Shown here in pieces: positions 42,385-55,312 of a DNA stretch of 64,000 nt. The notes under the pieces are model-generated. The model ran no database searches, was not told where the DNA came from, and saw only the letters and a list, made by a program, of their open reading frames with translations. Source of the stretch: Eledone cirrhosa (Eukaryota); assembly GCA_964016885.1 (NCBI GenBank), contig OZ024756.1, positions 15,500,001 to 15,564,000 on the forward strand, read 5' to 3'. A program made the position numbers and the translations under genes. Position 1 is the first letter of the stretch; each line of letters opens with the position of its first letter.

Positions 42385-42839
42385 CTAAGCAACAGCAACG
42401 GAAATAAACTATATCAACACTTTTGAAAGTAAACTGTTTGAAACCACCCCAGGCTCTATGCTACAAGATTACAACCTTCCATCATAATTTTATGTAAAAA
42501 CATTTAAGTTATGTTCCAAACACCAGCATAATAATAAGAATGTTGGTTATATTACTAAATCCCTTCAAATTCTTGATTGCTCTCAAAATGATTTGAAAAT
42601 CATAGAAATATGGTTATGAAAGAGTTACAATGTTTATATTTATTTTTTTTTAAATCCTTCCATCATAATTCTATGTAAGAACCTCTGTTAAGTTATGTTC
42701 CAAACACTAAGTTAATAATGAGAAAGTGTGTTATATTAAATCTCTCCAAACTTTTGTTTTCAAAATTATTTGAAAATGTTAAGCAGTGTTTATTTAAATG
42801 AGAAATATGGTAAGGAAAGGGTTAAGAATCTTTACCTAC

Positions 42840-43061
42840 CTTAGAGAGAAAGTTACCCTCTTGCAACTGTCGGCTTCTGTCTTCTAGTGTTTCGGCCAAG
42901 GATATTGTGCCTGGATATTGAACCAGATTTGTAGGCAGATTTCCTAAACATCTCTCAATACTCTGACCTGCATCAGACTCTAAAGATTCTAGGGATTCTA
43001 CAACTTGGTCCACTTTACCAGTTCCACTATTTAATGTATGCGACGTTCTAACTCCTTGAAG
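42840..43061 (-). CDS. PROSER3: PROSER3-like exon (LQGVRTSHTL...EGNFLSK)
   Basis: atttcag acceptor, gtaggt donor; 222 nt, phase 0 to 0. Confidence 0.75.
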
Positions 43062-43628
43062 CTGAAATGTTTCATAACAAGAATTGGTAAAAAATATTTT
43101 ATCTTGTTACTTGTTTTTATATTTTATTATTACTAAAAAAATTTTCAACACGCTGACGCGTGTATGAGTATGTACATAGAGATGGACAAACACAAACACA
43201 CTTACAAAAATACACATGCACAGACAGACATTCCCACAAACACACACACACATTCACATACAAACACACACACACATAGTGTGACAGACGGAAGTCACTC
43301 AAATTTATATATAGATGTTGTTGATAGGAATCATATGTTAATTTACTATTCTAGTAATAAGGGATCGATCAACAAGATACCAGACTTCATTTTGTTTACC
43401 AAGTGCGTGGACCAAGCAAACAATGTTCCCATTGATCTTTCCATTGCTGATGCTATCTACCGGTCGCAACACCTGGCTGAAGGAATGAAATAAAGTGTCT
43501 TGCTCAAGGACATAACGAATCACCCAGTCCGCAAATTGAATTCACAACCACATGATTACAAATCTGATTCTCTAACAACTAAACCATATGCTATTGTATA
43601 ATAAAATATATATAATATAGATATATAA

Positions 43629-44170
43629 TAATTGTTTCTACTTTAGGCAGAAGGCCAGCAATTACCCAGTACATTACTGGTACTTTATTTTATCGACCCC
43701 GTAAGGATGAAAGGCAAAGTTAACCTCGGCAGGATTTGAACTCAGACTGTAAAGGGATGTAACTGCGCTAGAAAGCATGGCGTCCAACTCTCTACTGATA
43801 CTGCCAATTTAATAATGCTATTGTATCATCATCATTTCATCATTTCATTTTACGTCCGCTTCTCCCTGCTTGCAAGGGTGGGACGGGAACTGATTCTGGC
43901 TTGATTTCTACAGCTGGATGCCCTTCCTAACACCAACCTCATTTACAGTGAGTGCTGGGTGCTTTTTTGCCGTGGCACCTCCACGACCACTTTGCAGTGG
44001 AATGATAGGGACCCCAGTCCCTATCATCTCATTTCTACAGCTGAGTAAACTGGAGCAATGTGAAATAAAGTGTCTTGCTCAAGGAAACAACACATCACCC
44101 GGTCTGAGAATTGAACTCACAACCTTTCGATTGCAAGGCCAATGCTCTAACCACTAAGCCATGTGCCTCC
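43629..44170 (-). mobile_element. Adjacent SINE-A (43629-43808) and SINE-B (43826-44170)
   Basis: Match the other family copies, including A/B boxes. Confidence 0.85.
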
Positions 44171-45005
44171 ATTGTATAATAAAATATATATATATAATAA
44201 TGCTATTGTATAATAAAATATATATATATAATAATGCTATTGTATAATAAAATATATATAATAATGCTATTGTAATAATAAAATAATTAATAAGTTTAGT
44301 AAATCCCTCCAAATTCCTAATTAATTGAAATAGAGTGTATTTCATTAGAAATACAGTCACACAGTATTTCTATTTAAATTTACATCTTCCAACATAATTT
44401 TATATAGGGATCATAAGTTAAGTTACTATTTAGTAGTGAAATAATTAATCATTTTAGTAAATCCCTGCAAATTCTTAATTAATTAAAATGGAGTGTATTT
44501 CATTAGAAATACAATCTTGAAAGGGGTGAACCTAAAATGATGGTTTTGCCATATCTTTAGTTTTTACATCAACATTTGTTTCAGTACCAATTCCATCAAA
44601 GATCCTGGCATGAAACAAAATAAATATTGTAATAATGGTATTTATTAATTCTTAATATCCTGTAATTATTTAGCAGAACATATGTTATAATAGGGTGACA
44701 CACCTGTTTGTATAAATGTATGAAACGAGGGTAATACTCAAGGTATTCACCAGATGTAATTCCGAACTACCAATGAGAAACAACAATGAGTCTGCCTGAC
44801 CGTTCACATCAGTTATTATTTAGAGGCATTTCACGTAGTCCACTTTTAGTTATGCGGGATTATTCAGGGTTTGTTCTCCACAACAACATATCAAAAAGTG
44901 AGTTTGTTAACCCAAACGTTTATAATATATTTATTACTGGAAAAATCATTGTAAAACTTTGCAGAATTAGAGTAAAGACTTTAATTTTGAATGTGATACA
45001 GTAAT

Positions 45006-45237
45006 TTAACCTTTTACCATTTAAACCAGCCATATCTGGCCAGAATTTTCTCACCTCTTTCTGTTCAAACCAGCCGTAGCTGGCTGCTCGTACTGATGAC
45101 GTTAAGGTAGTCTTCTCAAAATAAATAATATCAAAATCTTGTAGATTCGATATTATGTGAGATAATTATGTCAAATAAAGCCTTTACCACAAAAATACAA
45201 TAGTAAACATAGAGTAATGTAAATGCTAAAGGGTTAA
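45006..45237 (-). mobile_element. piggyBac-type MITE
   Basis: TTAA-ccttt...aaaggg-TTAA; reverse of 45509-45798. Confidence 0.75.
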
Positions 45238-45508
45238 TACAAATGCTTATAATATACCTATTACTGGAAAAATCATTGTGAAACTTTGCACAGAATTAGA
45301 GTAAAGACTTTAATTTTGAATGTGATAGTCATAATGTGGTTTCGTGTGGTACAGGACCTTAACATTTTTAATACCAAACAACCTGAAACTACCCCAGGTT
45401 ATATGATACAAAAATGACTTTAATAATTTAAAATGGTGTTTATATTTATGTAAATAACCTTGCAACATAATTTTACATAAAAACCTGTGTCATGATCCAA
45501 ACACCAGC

Positions 45509-45798
45509 TTAACCCTTTAGCATTCACATTACTCTATATATACTATTATATTTTCATGGTAAAGGCTTTACCTCGCATAATTATCTCACATAACATTCAC
45601 ATTACTCTATATATACTATTATATTTTCATGGTAAAGGCTTTACCTCGCATAATTATCTCACATAATATTGAATCTATGAGATTTTAAAGTATTTATTTT
45701 GAGAACAATACCTTAACATCAGTTTGAGTAACCGGTTACAGCCAGTTTCAACAGAAAGAGGTAAGGAATTCTGGCCGGTTTGAACATTAAAGGGTTAA
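45509..45798 (+). mobile_element. piggyBac-type MITE (TTAA TSD, CCC...GGG ends)
   Basis: TTAA-CCCTTTAG...TAAAGGG-TTAA; the internal ~72-bp unit is duplicated. Confidence 0.8.
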
Positions 45799-46140
45799 TA
45801 ATTGTCTCTACTTTAGGCACAAGGCCAGCAATTACCCAGTGCATTACTGGTACTTTATTTTATCGACCCCGTAAGGATGAAAGGCAAAGTCAACCTCGGC
45901 GGGATTTGAACTCAGATCGTAAAGGGACGTAACTCTATGCTGGAAAGCATGGCGTCCGACCCTCTACTGATACTGCCAATAATGGTTTAATTTAAGCAGA
46001 AAGCCAACAATTCTTTTTTTTGATTAAATTGACCCCAGTACATTACTGGTACTTTATTTAATCAACCCTGTAAGGATGAAAAGCAAAGCTAACCTTGGCG
46101 GCATTTGAACTCAGAACGTAAAGGGCTACAACTTTATGCA
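45798..46140 (-). mobile_element. Two SINE-A copies
   Basis: Match the family-A sequence. Confidence 0.82.
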
Positions 46141-46178
46141 TAAATAACAAATAAAAACCAAATGAAAGAGTATATTAC

Positions 46179-46366
46179 CCAAGCATGGGAAGATGGAGAG
46201 GGTCCTTGATAGGCCTGCTTGTACTGAGCCTGTTCTCGAGCCAGCTGTATCCTTCGTTTCACTCTCCACTGATAGAGAAGGTCATTGTCAAGGTTGGCCT
46301 GCCAATATTCACTAAATGGTAAACCACCGTTGTACTGGCCAGGGTTAGAATCTTTCTTTCTTGAGC
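46179..46366 (-). CDS. PROSER3: PROSER3-like exon with the DNDLLYQWRVKRRIQLAR motif
   Basis: acacag acceptor, gtaata donor; 188 nt, phase 1 to 0. The motif resembles PROSER3 DDILYQWRQRRKLEQA (recalled, not searched). Confidence 0.82.
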
Positions 46367-46414
46367 CTGTGTCACATAATATATAACATACATAACATAC
46401 ATATATATATATAT

Positions 46415-46782
46415 CATCATCATCATCATCATCATCATCGTTTAACGTCCATCTTCCACGCTTGCATGGGTTTGGACGGGAATTTTCCCACTTGAGGCAA
46501 GATTGGTTGTCTTGCTCGTATAGGACTGTCTGGCGGGTTTTCTACAGCTGGATGCCTTTCCTAACACCAACCACGTTTACAGTGTGGTCTGGGAGGTTTT
46601 TACCGTGTTACCTGCACGGCCACATTACAGCGCGGACTGTGTGTTTTTTTGTCGTGACACCTACACGACCTCATTTATTTCGGACTGGATGTTGTGGTAC
46701 CAACATAACTTTACATCGAAAGGGGTGGTGTGGATGGGGTGGGGGTAGTGGGACGGGCGTGTATTTTTGTTAGAGATGCCTA
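46415..46782 (-). mobile_element. RTE family A 3'-UTR fragment
   Basis: Near-identical to 47331-47752 in reverse. Confidence 0.82.
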
Positions 46783-47330
46783 TATATATATGTGTGTGTG
46801 AGTGTGTGTGTGTGTGTGTGTGTATGTATGTGTATCATCATCATCATCATCGTCGTCGACATTTAATGTCCACCTTCCACGCTAGTATGGGTTAGACGGG
46901 TTGTTCTATTTGAGGCAAGTTAGGTCAGGTAACTATATCCTGCTCATACAGACCTGTTTCTGGTTAGATTTCTACAGCTGGATACCCTTCCTAATACCAA
47001 CCACATTTACAGCATATAATATATATATAATTACGGTATGTGCACATTTCTTCTAAGTTTAATTTTACACCTAATTGTGTATGGTTGATGGTATATTTAG
47101 TCAGTTTCTACATGCTGTCGAAATGTTGGATAAATACTCGATTGAGGCCGCCGCGAAGAGGCTACGTTCGGTTATTTGTCGGAGATTTCTACATAAGAGC
47201 ATTTATTCTTATAGCTTGTTCTAATTGATTTTTTATATGGTTAATTATGCTAATTAGAAGAAGAAATAGTATATATTTTATCTGATGATTCTAAAGACAT
47301 GATTTATGATATATATATATATATATATAT

Positions 47331-47752
47331 GAAGACCCGCCTTGCCTAAGTGCAAAGCGAAACCTAGTCAGTAGGCACCTCTTACCAAAACACCCCCCCC
47401 CCCCCCCCCCTGTCCCACTCCCCCCCACCCCATCCACACCACCCCTTTCAATGTAAAGTTATGTTGGTACCACAACATCCAGTCCGAAATAAATGAGGTC
47501 GTGTAGGTGTCACGACAAAAAAACACACAGTCCGCGCTGTAATGTGGCCGTGCAGGTAACACGGTAAAAACCTCCCAGTCCACACTGTAAACGTGGTTGG
47601 TGTTAGGAAGGGCATCCAGCTGTAGAAAACGCGCCAGACAGTCCTATGCGAGCAAGACAACCAATCTTGCCTCAAGTGGGAAAATTCCCATCCAAACCCA
47701 TGCAAGCGTGGAAGATGGACGTTAAACGATGATGATGATGATGATGATGATG
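47331..47752 (+). mobile_element. RTE family A 3' end (last codons KTRLA* + UTR + (GAT)n)
   Basis: Colinear with 32181-32590. Confidence 0.85.
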
Positions 47753-48164
47753 ATATATATATTCCAATTTTTTTCATTTTACCTCTTCCAGCCTCCTCTC
47801 TCTCTAACCTAAAGATTACACTTTCCTGATGAAGGATTAATCTCCGAGGCATTAAGACATCTTTTTTTCTTTTTCTTTTACCCACATGTCTAAAACTAGT
47901 AAGATTTTGAGTAATCTTTCTCCGTGATTGTCTTATTTTTAACCTTGATCTATCTATCTATACCGACTGCATATAACATGCACACATATATATATATGTG
48001 TAAAGTGGTCATTTTGGTACCTTGAGAAAAAACACCCAGTACACACTGTAAATATGGTTGGCATTAGGAAAGGCATCCAGCCAGAAACAGTTCTGTGTGA
48101 GCATATATATCATCATCATCATCATCCTCGTTTAACGTCCACTTTCCACACTAGCATGGGTTAG

Positions 48165-48198
<34 letters not shown>

Positions 48199-48280
48199 GT
48201 ATATATATATAGATAGATATATATATATTTATATGTATATGTATATGTATATATATATATATGTATATGTATATATATAT

Positions 48281-48830
48281 GTATCTAGAATAAGGACGGG
48301 TTGGAAGAAGTTTAGGGAGCTGCTTCCTCTGTTGACGAAGAAGGGTTTCTCCCTGCGTACGAAAGGCCGGTTGTATGATGCCTGTGTGAGGAGCGCGATG
48401 CTGCATGGTAGGGAGACATGGGCAGCAACTGCAGAGGATATGCGACGGCTGGAGAGAAATGAGGCAAGCATGCTCCGTTGGATGTGCAATGTCAATGTGC
48501 GTGAACGACCCAGCTTAAATGTGTTGAGAGAGAAACTGTGTCTGAGAGGGATAGAATGTAGTGTACGGGAGAGGAGACTGAGGTGGTATGGACATGTGAT
48601 GCGCATGGAGGATGACCGATGGGTGAAGAAGTGCCAGGAATTGCCAGTTGAAGGAAGACGTGGTAGAGGTAGACCACGAAAAACATGGGCGGAGGTGGTG
48701 AGAACAGACCTCAGATCATTGAAGCTCACGGTGGAGATGACGAGGGACCGTGACAAGTGGGGAGATGCTGTGCTGAATAAGACCTGTCCCACCCTTGCAA
48801 GCAGGGAAAAGTGGACGTATGATGATGATA
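48281..48830 (+). mobile_element. RTE family B LINE 3' fragment, short tail
   Basis: RIRTGWKKFREL...RRLRWYGHVMR...GRGRPRKTW...[10 protein letters not shown], then (GAT)n. Confidence 0.9.
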
Positions 48831-48838
48831 TGTATATG

Positions 48839-48876
<38 letters not shown>

Positions 48877-48976
48877 GACATAGTCACTACTTTAAAAGTG
48901 ATAGTGTATGGTCTTCTAAATGTTTTTAATTAAACATACGGTATATTGTATTGCCAAATATACTATACGTACATTC

Positions 48977-49086
<110 letters not shown>

Positions 49087-49655
49087 AGAGAGAGAGACTC
49101 ATATACACATACATAATATATGGTGGCTGCCAACTCGTTTTCGAGTACGGCCACTACTTTATATCCATGTAGGAGAACCCCTACCGATGCGCTGAACGAG
49201 TGTGACTTTTTAGTCCAGCCAGCGACTTGAAAACTCTGGTACAAACACTACACTTGTGACAATTATTGGCACATAGTGCTGGGCCCATGGTACCATGTGA
49301 CGACAAGTGCAGAGAGATCTCCAGATATAAAGCAATGCCTGTGCCGTGAAGCTTTTATAGTGAGCAAAGGCACTGCACAAAGCCAGTCCCACTCTCTTAA
49401 CCAAGATATTTACCAAAAAGAAGAACAAGTCAACATCATTGGATACCATCAGGGTTGCAGGTGTTATATCAGAGTTTTCCTTCTCCTAGAATTCTGCCTT
49501 GACAAAGGCTAAGGGGTCATCTCTCCCATATGTACACATATGTACATATGCATATGTACACACACAAACTCACACAGACGTGTGTGTAGATATGACAACC
49601 CGTCTAACCCATGCTAGCATGGAAGTAAAACGGTGATGATGATGATGATATATAT

Positions 49656-49697
<42 letters not shown>

Positions 49698-50166
49698 TCA
49701 TCATCATCATCACCGTTTTATGTCCATTCTTCCACCTTAGCATGGGTTAGACGGGTTGTCCTGTTGTGGGCAGTGTCCAGTCGGCTGACCTTGTCTTGCT
49801 CATACGGGAACTGATTTTGGCTTGATTTCTCCAGGTTTGTTATATATATATGTATATGTATATATATATGATTATGTATATACATATATATATATGTATA
49901 TATATATATGATTATATATATATATGATTATGTCATTTATTTTGTCTGACCTGTTTAGCTTGACTTGTTTTTTGGCTTAGGTGGTTAATGGCTTCTTGAC
50001 CGCCTTCTCAGTTTGTATGACCTTTATAACCTATGTTTATTGCTCTAGTCTTTTAGACTATGGAGCGCTTGCCAGCATGACTCAGAATTTGTGTTACGTT
50101 TCGCTGTTACTACACGCCGAAATGCGATTCTCGCTGAATTTATATTTATATATATGCATATATATA

Positions 50167-50196
<30 letters not shown>

Positions 50197-50200
<4 letters not shown>

Positions 50201-50254
50201 AACAAGTAAGACCCCGACGGCTGAGCTCAGCCGTCGGGGTCTTACTTGTTCCTA
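50197..50254. repeat. Perfect hairpin (~29-bp arms, no loop) next to (TA)n
   Basis: taggaacaagtaagaccccgacggctgag|ctcagccgtcggggtcttacttgttccta. Confidence 0.93.
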
Positions 50255-50436
50255 TTACCCACTCTACTACCCTAAGTATTGAGTACTTTGGTGCGTTATG
50301 GTCCACCTGGTTCCTTACCACATTTCCTTCGTTATATATATATATATATATATAGTAATAATAATAAAATTGAAGACTAAAATCCAGAGAGGGCTCGATC
50401 AGCGATTCTTTGCTTAAACTTTAATCTGTTATTTTA

Positions 50437-50467
<31 letters not shown>

Positions 50468-50655
50468 ATTGTTTCTACTTTTGGCACAAGGGCAGCAATT
50501 ACCCAGTGTATTACTGGTACTTTATTTTATCGACCCCATAAGGGTGAAAGGCAAAGTTAACCTCGGCGGGATTTGAACTCAGAATGGCAAGGGCCGTAAC
50601 TCTATGCGTCAAAGCATGGCGTCCGACCCTCTACCGATACTGCCAATCCACCACC
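50468..50655 (-). mobile_element. SINE family A, full length
   Basis: A-box TGGCAGTATCGG and B-box GAGTTCAAATCC on the minus strand. Confidence 0.87.
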
Positions 50656-51042
50656 CATTATATATATATATATATATATAATGTCCCCCATCTACCTCCC
50701 CCCTGCTGTTATATACACCAAATGGTGACCCATCATTTAAACATACATTAAACTCAACTCTAATTTAATTCAATCCCAATTTTCATTTATAAGCCTTTAA
50801 ACCTCCATCCCTTCTCTTCCCCCTCACCTCTCTCCTTCCTTCTTTACCCACACCTCACACCTTCTCTCACACCCCCTCCTCCCCTTCCTCCACCTCCTTC
50901 CGTCTAAATCTCTTCAACCAACCTCAAGATATGTTTTAGCCTCATTAAGTGCAGACCAACAGCTGTGCTTAATTAGCTTCAGCGTTAATACTTTATACAT
51001 ACATATTTACACAAACACACACACATATATGTGTGTGTGTTT

Positions 51043-51085
<43 letters not shown>

Positions 51086-51127
51086 CATATATATGTGTGT
51101 GTGTGTGAGTGTATGTATGTATGTATG

Positions 51128-51163
<36 letters not shown>

Positions 51164-51332
51164 TATAGTTGTTGCTGTCCCCAAACCCCCGTCATTTCCG
51201 ACAAGTACTTGAGTTAATTCAATCAAAGGAAAGGGGAGAGAAGGAGCACCCACCACCTTCCTCTTCTTCTTTTTCTTTTTCCCCTTCCTCTTCCTCTTCT
51301 TTTTCTTCTTTTTCTTCTTCTTCTTCATCTAC

Positions 51333-54110
51333 TTATTCTTGAGAGGGTTGTGGTGGCAGAGTCCTCACACACACCTTCCAGTGGGTCCTGTCAGAAGCAA
51401 CCATCTCCAACTGATCTGGCTGGATCCCCAAGTGAGACCAGCCAAGCTCTTGGATGTTATGCAACCATCTTGCTCGGGGTCCACCCATGAATCTCCTGCC
51501 GGTTGGTTTTGCCCATAAAATCTGTCCAGCGATTCTTTCCTGAGACATTCTAACCACATGCCCATAGTATCAGAGCTGTGATCTCCCAATTCAGTGAAGT
51601 AGTGGCTCTATCTGGAGTGTCTCTCTAGTGATTCTTTCCTGAGACATTCTAACCACAAGCCCATAGTGTCAGAGCTGTGATCTCTCAATTCAGAGAAGTA
51701 GCGGCTCTATCTGGAGTGTCTCTCCAGTGATTCTTTCCTGAGACATTCTAACCACATGCCCATAGTATCAGAGCTGTGATCTCTCAATTCAGAGAAGTAG
51801 TGGCTCTATCTGGAGTGTCTCTCCAGTGATTCTTTCCTGAGACATTCTAACCACATGCCCATAGTATCAAAGCTGTGATCTCTCAATTCAGAGATGTAGT
51901 GGCTCTATCTGGAGTGTCTCTCCAGTGATTCTTTCCTGAGACATTCTAACCACAAGCCCATAGTATCAGAGCTGTGATCTCTCAATTCAGAGAAGTAGTA
52001 GCTCTATCTGGAGTGTCTCTCCAGTGATTCTTTCCTGAGACATTCTAACCACAAGCCCATAGTATCAGAGCTGTGATCTCCCAATTCGGTGAAGTAGTGG
52101 CTCTATCTGGAGTGTCTCTCCAGTGATTCTTTCCTGAGACATTCTAACCACATGCCCATAGTATCGAAGCTGTGATCTCTCAATTCAGAGAAGTAGTGGC
52201 TCTATCTGGAGTGTCTCTCCAGTAATTCTTTCCTGAGACATTCTAACCACAAGCCCATAGTATCAGAGCTGTGATCTCTCAATTCAGAGAAGTAGTAGCT
52301 CTATCTGGAGTGTCTCTCCAGTGATTCTTTCCTGAGACATTCTAACCACAAGCCCATAGTATCAGAGCTGTGATCTCCCAATTCAGTGAAGTAGTGGCTC
52401 TATCTGGAGTGTCTCTCCAGTGATTCTTTCCTGAGACATTCTAACCACATGCCCATAGTATCGAAGCTGTGATCTCTCAATTCAGAGAAGTAGTGGCTCT
52501 ATCTGGAGTGTCTCTCCAGTAATTCTTTCCTGAGACATTCTAACCACAAGCCCATAGTATCAGAGCTGTGATCTCTCAATTCAGAGAAGTAGTAGCTCTA
52601 TCTGGAGTGTCTCTCCAGTGATTCTTTCCTGAGACATTCTAACCACAAGCCCATAGTATCAGAGCTGTGATCTCTCAATTCAGAGAAGTAGTGGCTCTAT
52701 CTGGAGTGTCTCTCCAGTGATTCTTTCCTGAGACATTCTAACCTCATGCCCATAGTATCGAAGCTGTGATCTCTCAATTCAGAGAAGTAGTAGCTCTATC
52801 TGGAGTGTCTCTCCAGTGATTCTTTCCTGAGACATTCTAACCTCATGCCCATAGTATCGAAGCTGTGATCTCTCAATTCAGAGAAGTAGTGGCTCTATCT
52901 AGAGTGTCTCTCCAGTGATTCTTTCCTGAGACATTCTAACCACAAGCCCATAGTATCGAAGCTGTGATCTCTCAATTCAGAGAAGTAGTGGCTCTATCTA
53001 GAGTGTCTCTCCAGTGATTCTTTCCTGAGACATTCTAACCACAAGCCCATAGTATCAGAGCTGTGATCTCTCAATTCAGAGAAGTAGTAGCTCTATCTGG
53101 AGTGTCTCTCCAGTGATTCTTTCCTGAGACATTCTAACCTCATGCCCATAGTATCGAAGCTGTGATCTCTCAATTCAGAGAAGTAGTGGCTCTATCTAGA
53201 GTGTCTCTCCAGTGATTCTTTCCTGAGACATTCTAACCACAAGCCCATAGTATCAGAGCTGTGATCTCCCAATTCAGTGAAGTAGCGGCTCTACCTGGAG
53301 TGACTCTCTGATCTCCAAGCTATGCATTCTATCAAGTAACATTACTCCAAAGACCTTTCAGGGGAACCCTATTTCGGCCACTTGTATTTGCAATCATATT
53401 CAGTTCCTGCAACTGTTGCACTTAATTCAGCTTCCTGAACACAGCTGTGTGATACTTGAACTTCTCCACCTTCCGCAGTGGAACTCCATTCACATGTAGC
53501 GAGCACTGCGTAGGCTTCCTTGAGAGGACGAGTCTCAGTTTTCGCAGCACTGATTTTCATTCCAGCCATGCAGCACTCGGCATCAAACCTATCAAGTGCA
53601 AGTCGAAGATCATATTCTGTCGAGTTCAGTAACACCATGTCGTCTGCAAATTCCGGCCAACTGATGACACCCGCCAGTCGTGATACCTCCTCCAGCCTGG
53701 CTCAACATGTCAATCCTGTTTATGTAAAATATTGTTTCTATTTTTTGGCACAAGGCCAGCAATTATCACAGTATATTACTGGTACTTTATTTTATCGACC
53801 CCGTAAGGATGAAAGGCAAAGTTAACCTCGGCGGGATTTGAACTCCGAAAGCAGAGAGCTGGAACGAATACCATAAAGGATTTTATCCGACGTTCTAATG
53901 ACTCTGCCAATTCGCCGCCATGTTTATGTAAATAATTGTTTATACTTTTGGCACAAGGCCAGCAATTACCCCAGTGCATTACTGGTAGGTACTTTATTTT
54001 ATCGACCCCGGAAGGATGAAAGGCAAAGTTAACCTCTCATCCTTCCGGATTAAATAATGAAAAGAAGAGTTGACAGTACGCACCCTTGGCAGAGTCTGAC
54101 TACATTAAAT
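51333..54110 (-). mobile_element. RTE family C LINE relic, interrupted by a 99-bp tandem array and two SINE-A copies (53730-54035)
   Basis: QGCVLSTLLF (54060-54110); FADDMVLL...AGMKISAAKTE (53520-53655); YYGHVVRMSQER...KPTGRR..G.PR.RW (51333-51590); (GAA)n tail. Confidence 0.82.
51531..53305. repeat. 99-bp tandem array, ~18 copies, made from RTE coding sequence
   Basis: Period 99 (gattctttcc at 51531, 51630, 51729 and onward); the unit encodes the YYGHVVRMSQER region. Confidence 0.95.
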
Positions 54111-54179
54111 GTGTACATCTCTCAGGAAGATTCAGTGTAACACAATACATGACAAGACTTCCCACTTAAATTACAGGTA

Positions 54180-54372
54180 CAACTCATTTTTTGCCAGCTG
54201 AGTGGATTGGAGCAATATGAAATAAAGTGTCTTGCTCAAGGACACAGTGGACTGGAGTAATATGAAATAAAGTGCCTTGCTGAAGGATACAAAATATCAC
54301 CTGGTGTAGGAATCGAACTCACGACCTTACAGCCATGAGCTAAACACCCTAACCACTAAGCCACACACCTTC
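54180..54372 (-). mobile_element. SINE sharing the family-B core
   Basis: gaaataaagtgtcttgctcaagga core (partly duplicated) and a tRNA-like head. Confidence 0.7.
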
Positions 54373-54469
54373 ACTATATATATTTAAGGTACCAATTTAC
54401 GGGTGCTGTATTGAAGCGAATAACTGTCTGTCTACTCTGGGTGTTTACATAACATTATCTATTGAGTAC

Positions 54470-54868
54470 GGTGGATTGGCAGTATCGGTAGAGGGTCGGA
54501 CGCCATGCTTTGCAGCAAAGAGTTACGTCCCTTTATGATCTGAGTTCAAATCCCGCCAAGGTTAACTTTGCCTTTCATCCTTACGGGTTGAGTTTAATGT
54601 ATGTTTAAATGATGGGTCACCATTTGGTGTATATAACAGCAAGGGGGGGAGGTAGATGGGGGACATTATATATATATATAATGGGCGGTGGATTGGCAGT
54701 ATCGGTAGAGGGCGCCATGCTTTGATGCATAGAGTTACGGCCCTTGCCATTCTGAGTTCAAATCCCGCCGAGGTTAACTTTGCCTTTCATCCTTACGGGG
54801 TCGATAAAATAAAGTACCAGTAATGCACTGGGTAATTGCTGGCCTTGTGCCTAACGTAGAAACAATTA
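54470..54868 (+). mobile_element. Two SINE-A copies (54470-54588, 54685-54868)
   Basis: A/B boxes and family body. Confidence 0.85.
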
Positions 54869-55221
54869 TCTATTGAGAACGCTGAGATGCAACTGGTACT
54901 AGCAGTGATACCCGTGCTAGTTCCGTCAACCTATTATTTTATATATATGTGTGTGTGTGTGTGCATGTGTGTTGATGTGTGTGTGGCTATATATATATAT
55001 GTGTGTGTATGTGTGTCTGTATATATATATATATATATGTGTATGTGTGTGTGTATGTGTGTATGTGTCTATATATATATATATATATGTGTATGTGTTG
55101 GTGTGTGTGTGTGTCTGTCAGTGTGTGTGTGTATGTGTACATGTGTCTATATATATATATATGTGTGTGTGTGTATGTGTTGCTGTGTGTGCATGTGTCT
55201 GTATATATGTGTGTGTGTTGC

Positions 55222-55258
<37 letters not shown>

Positions 55259-55275
55259 CTGTGTGTATGTGTTTG

Positions 55276-55312
<37 letters not shown>

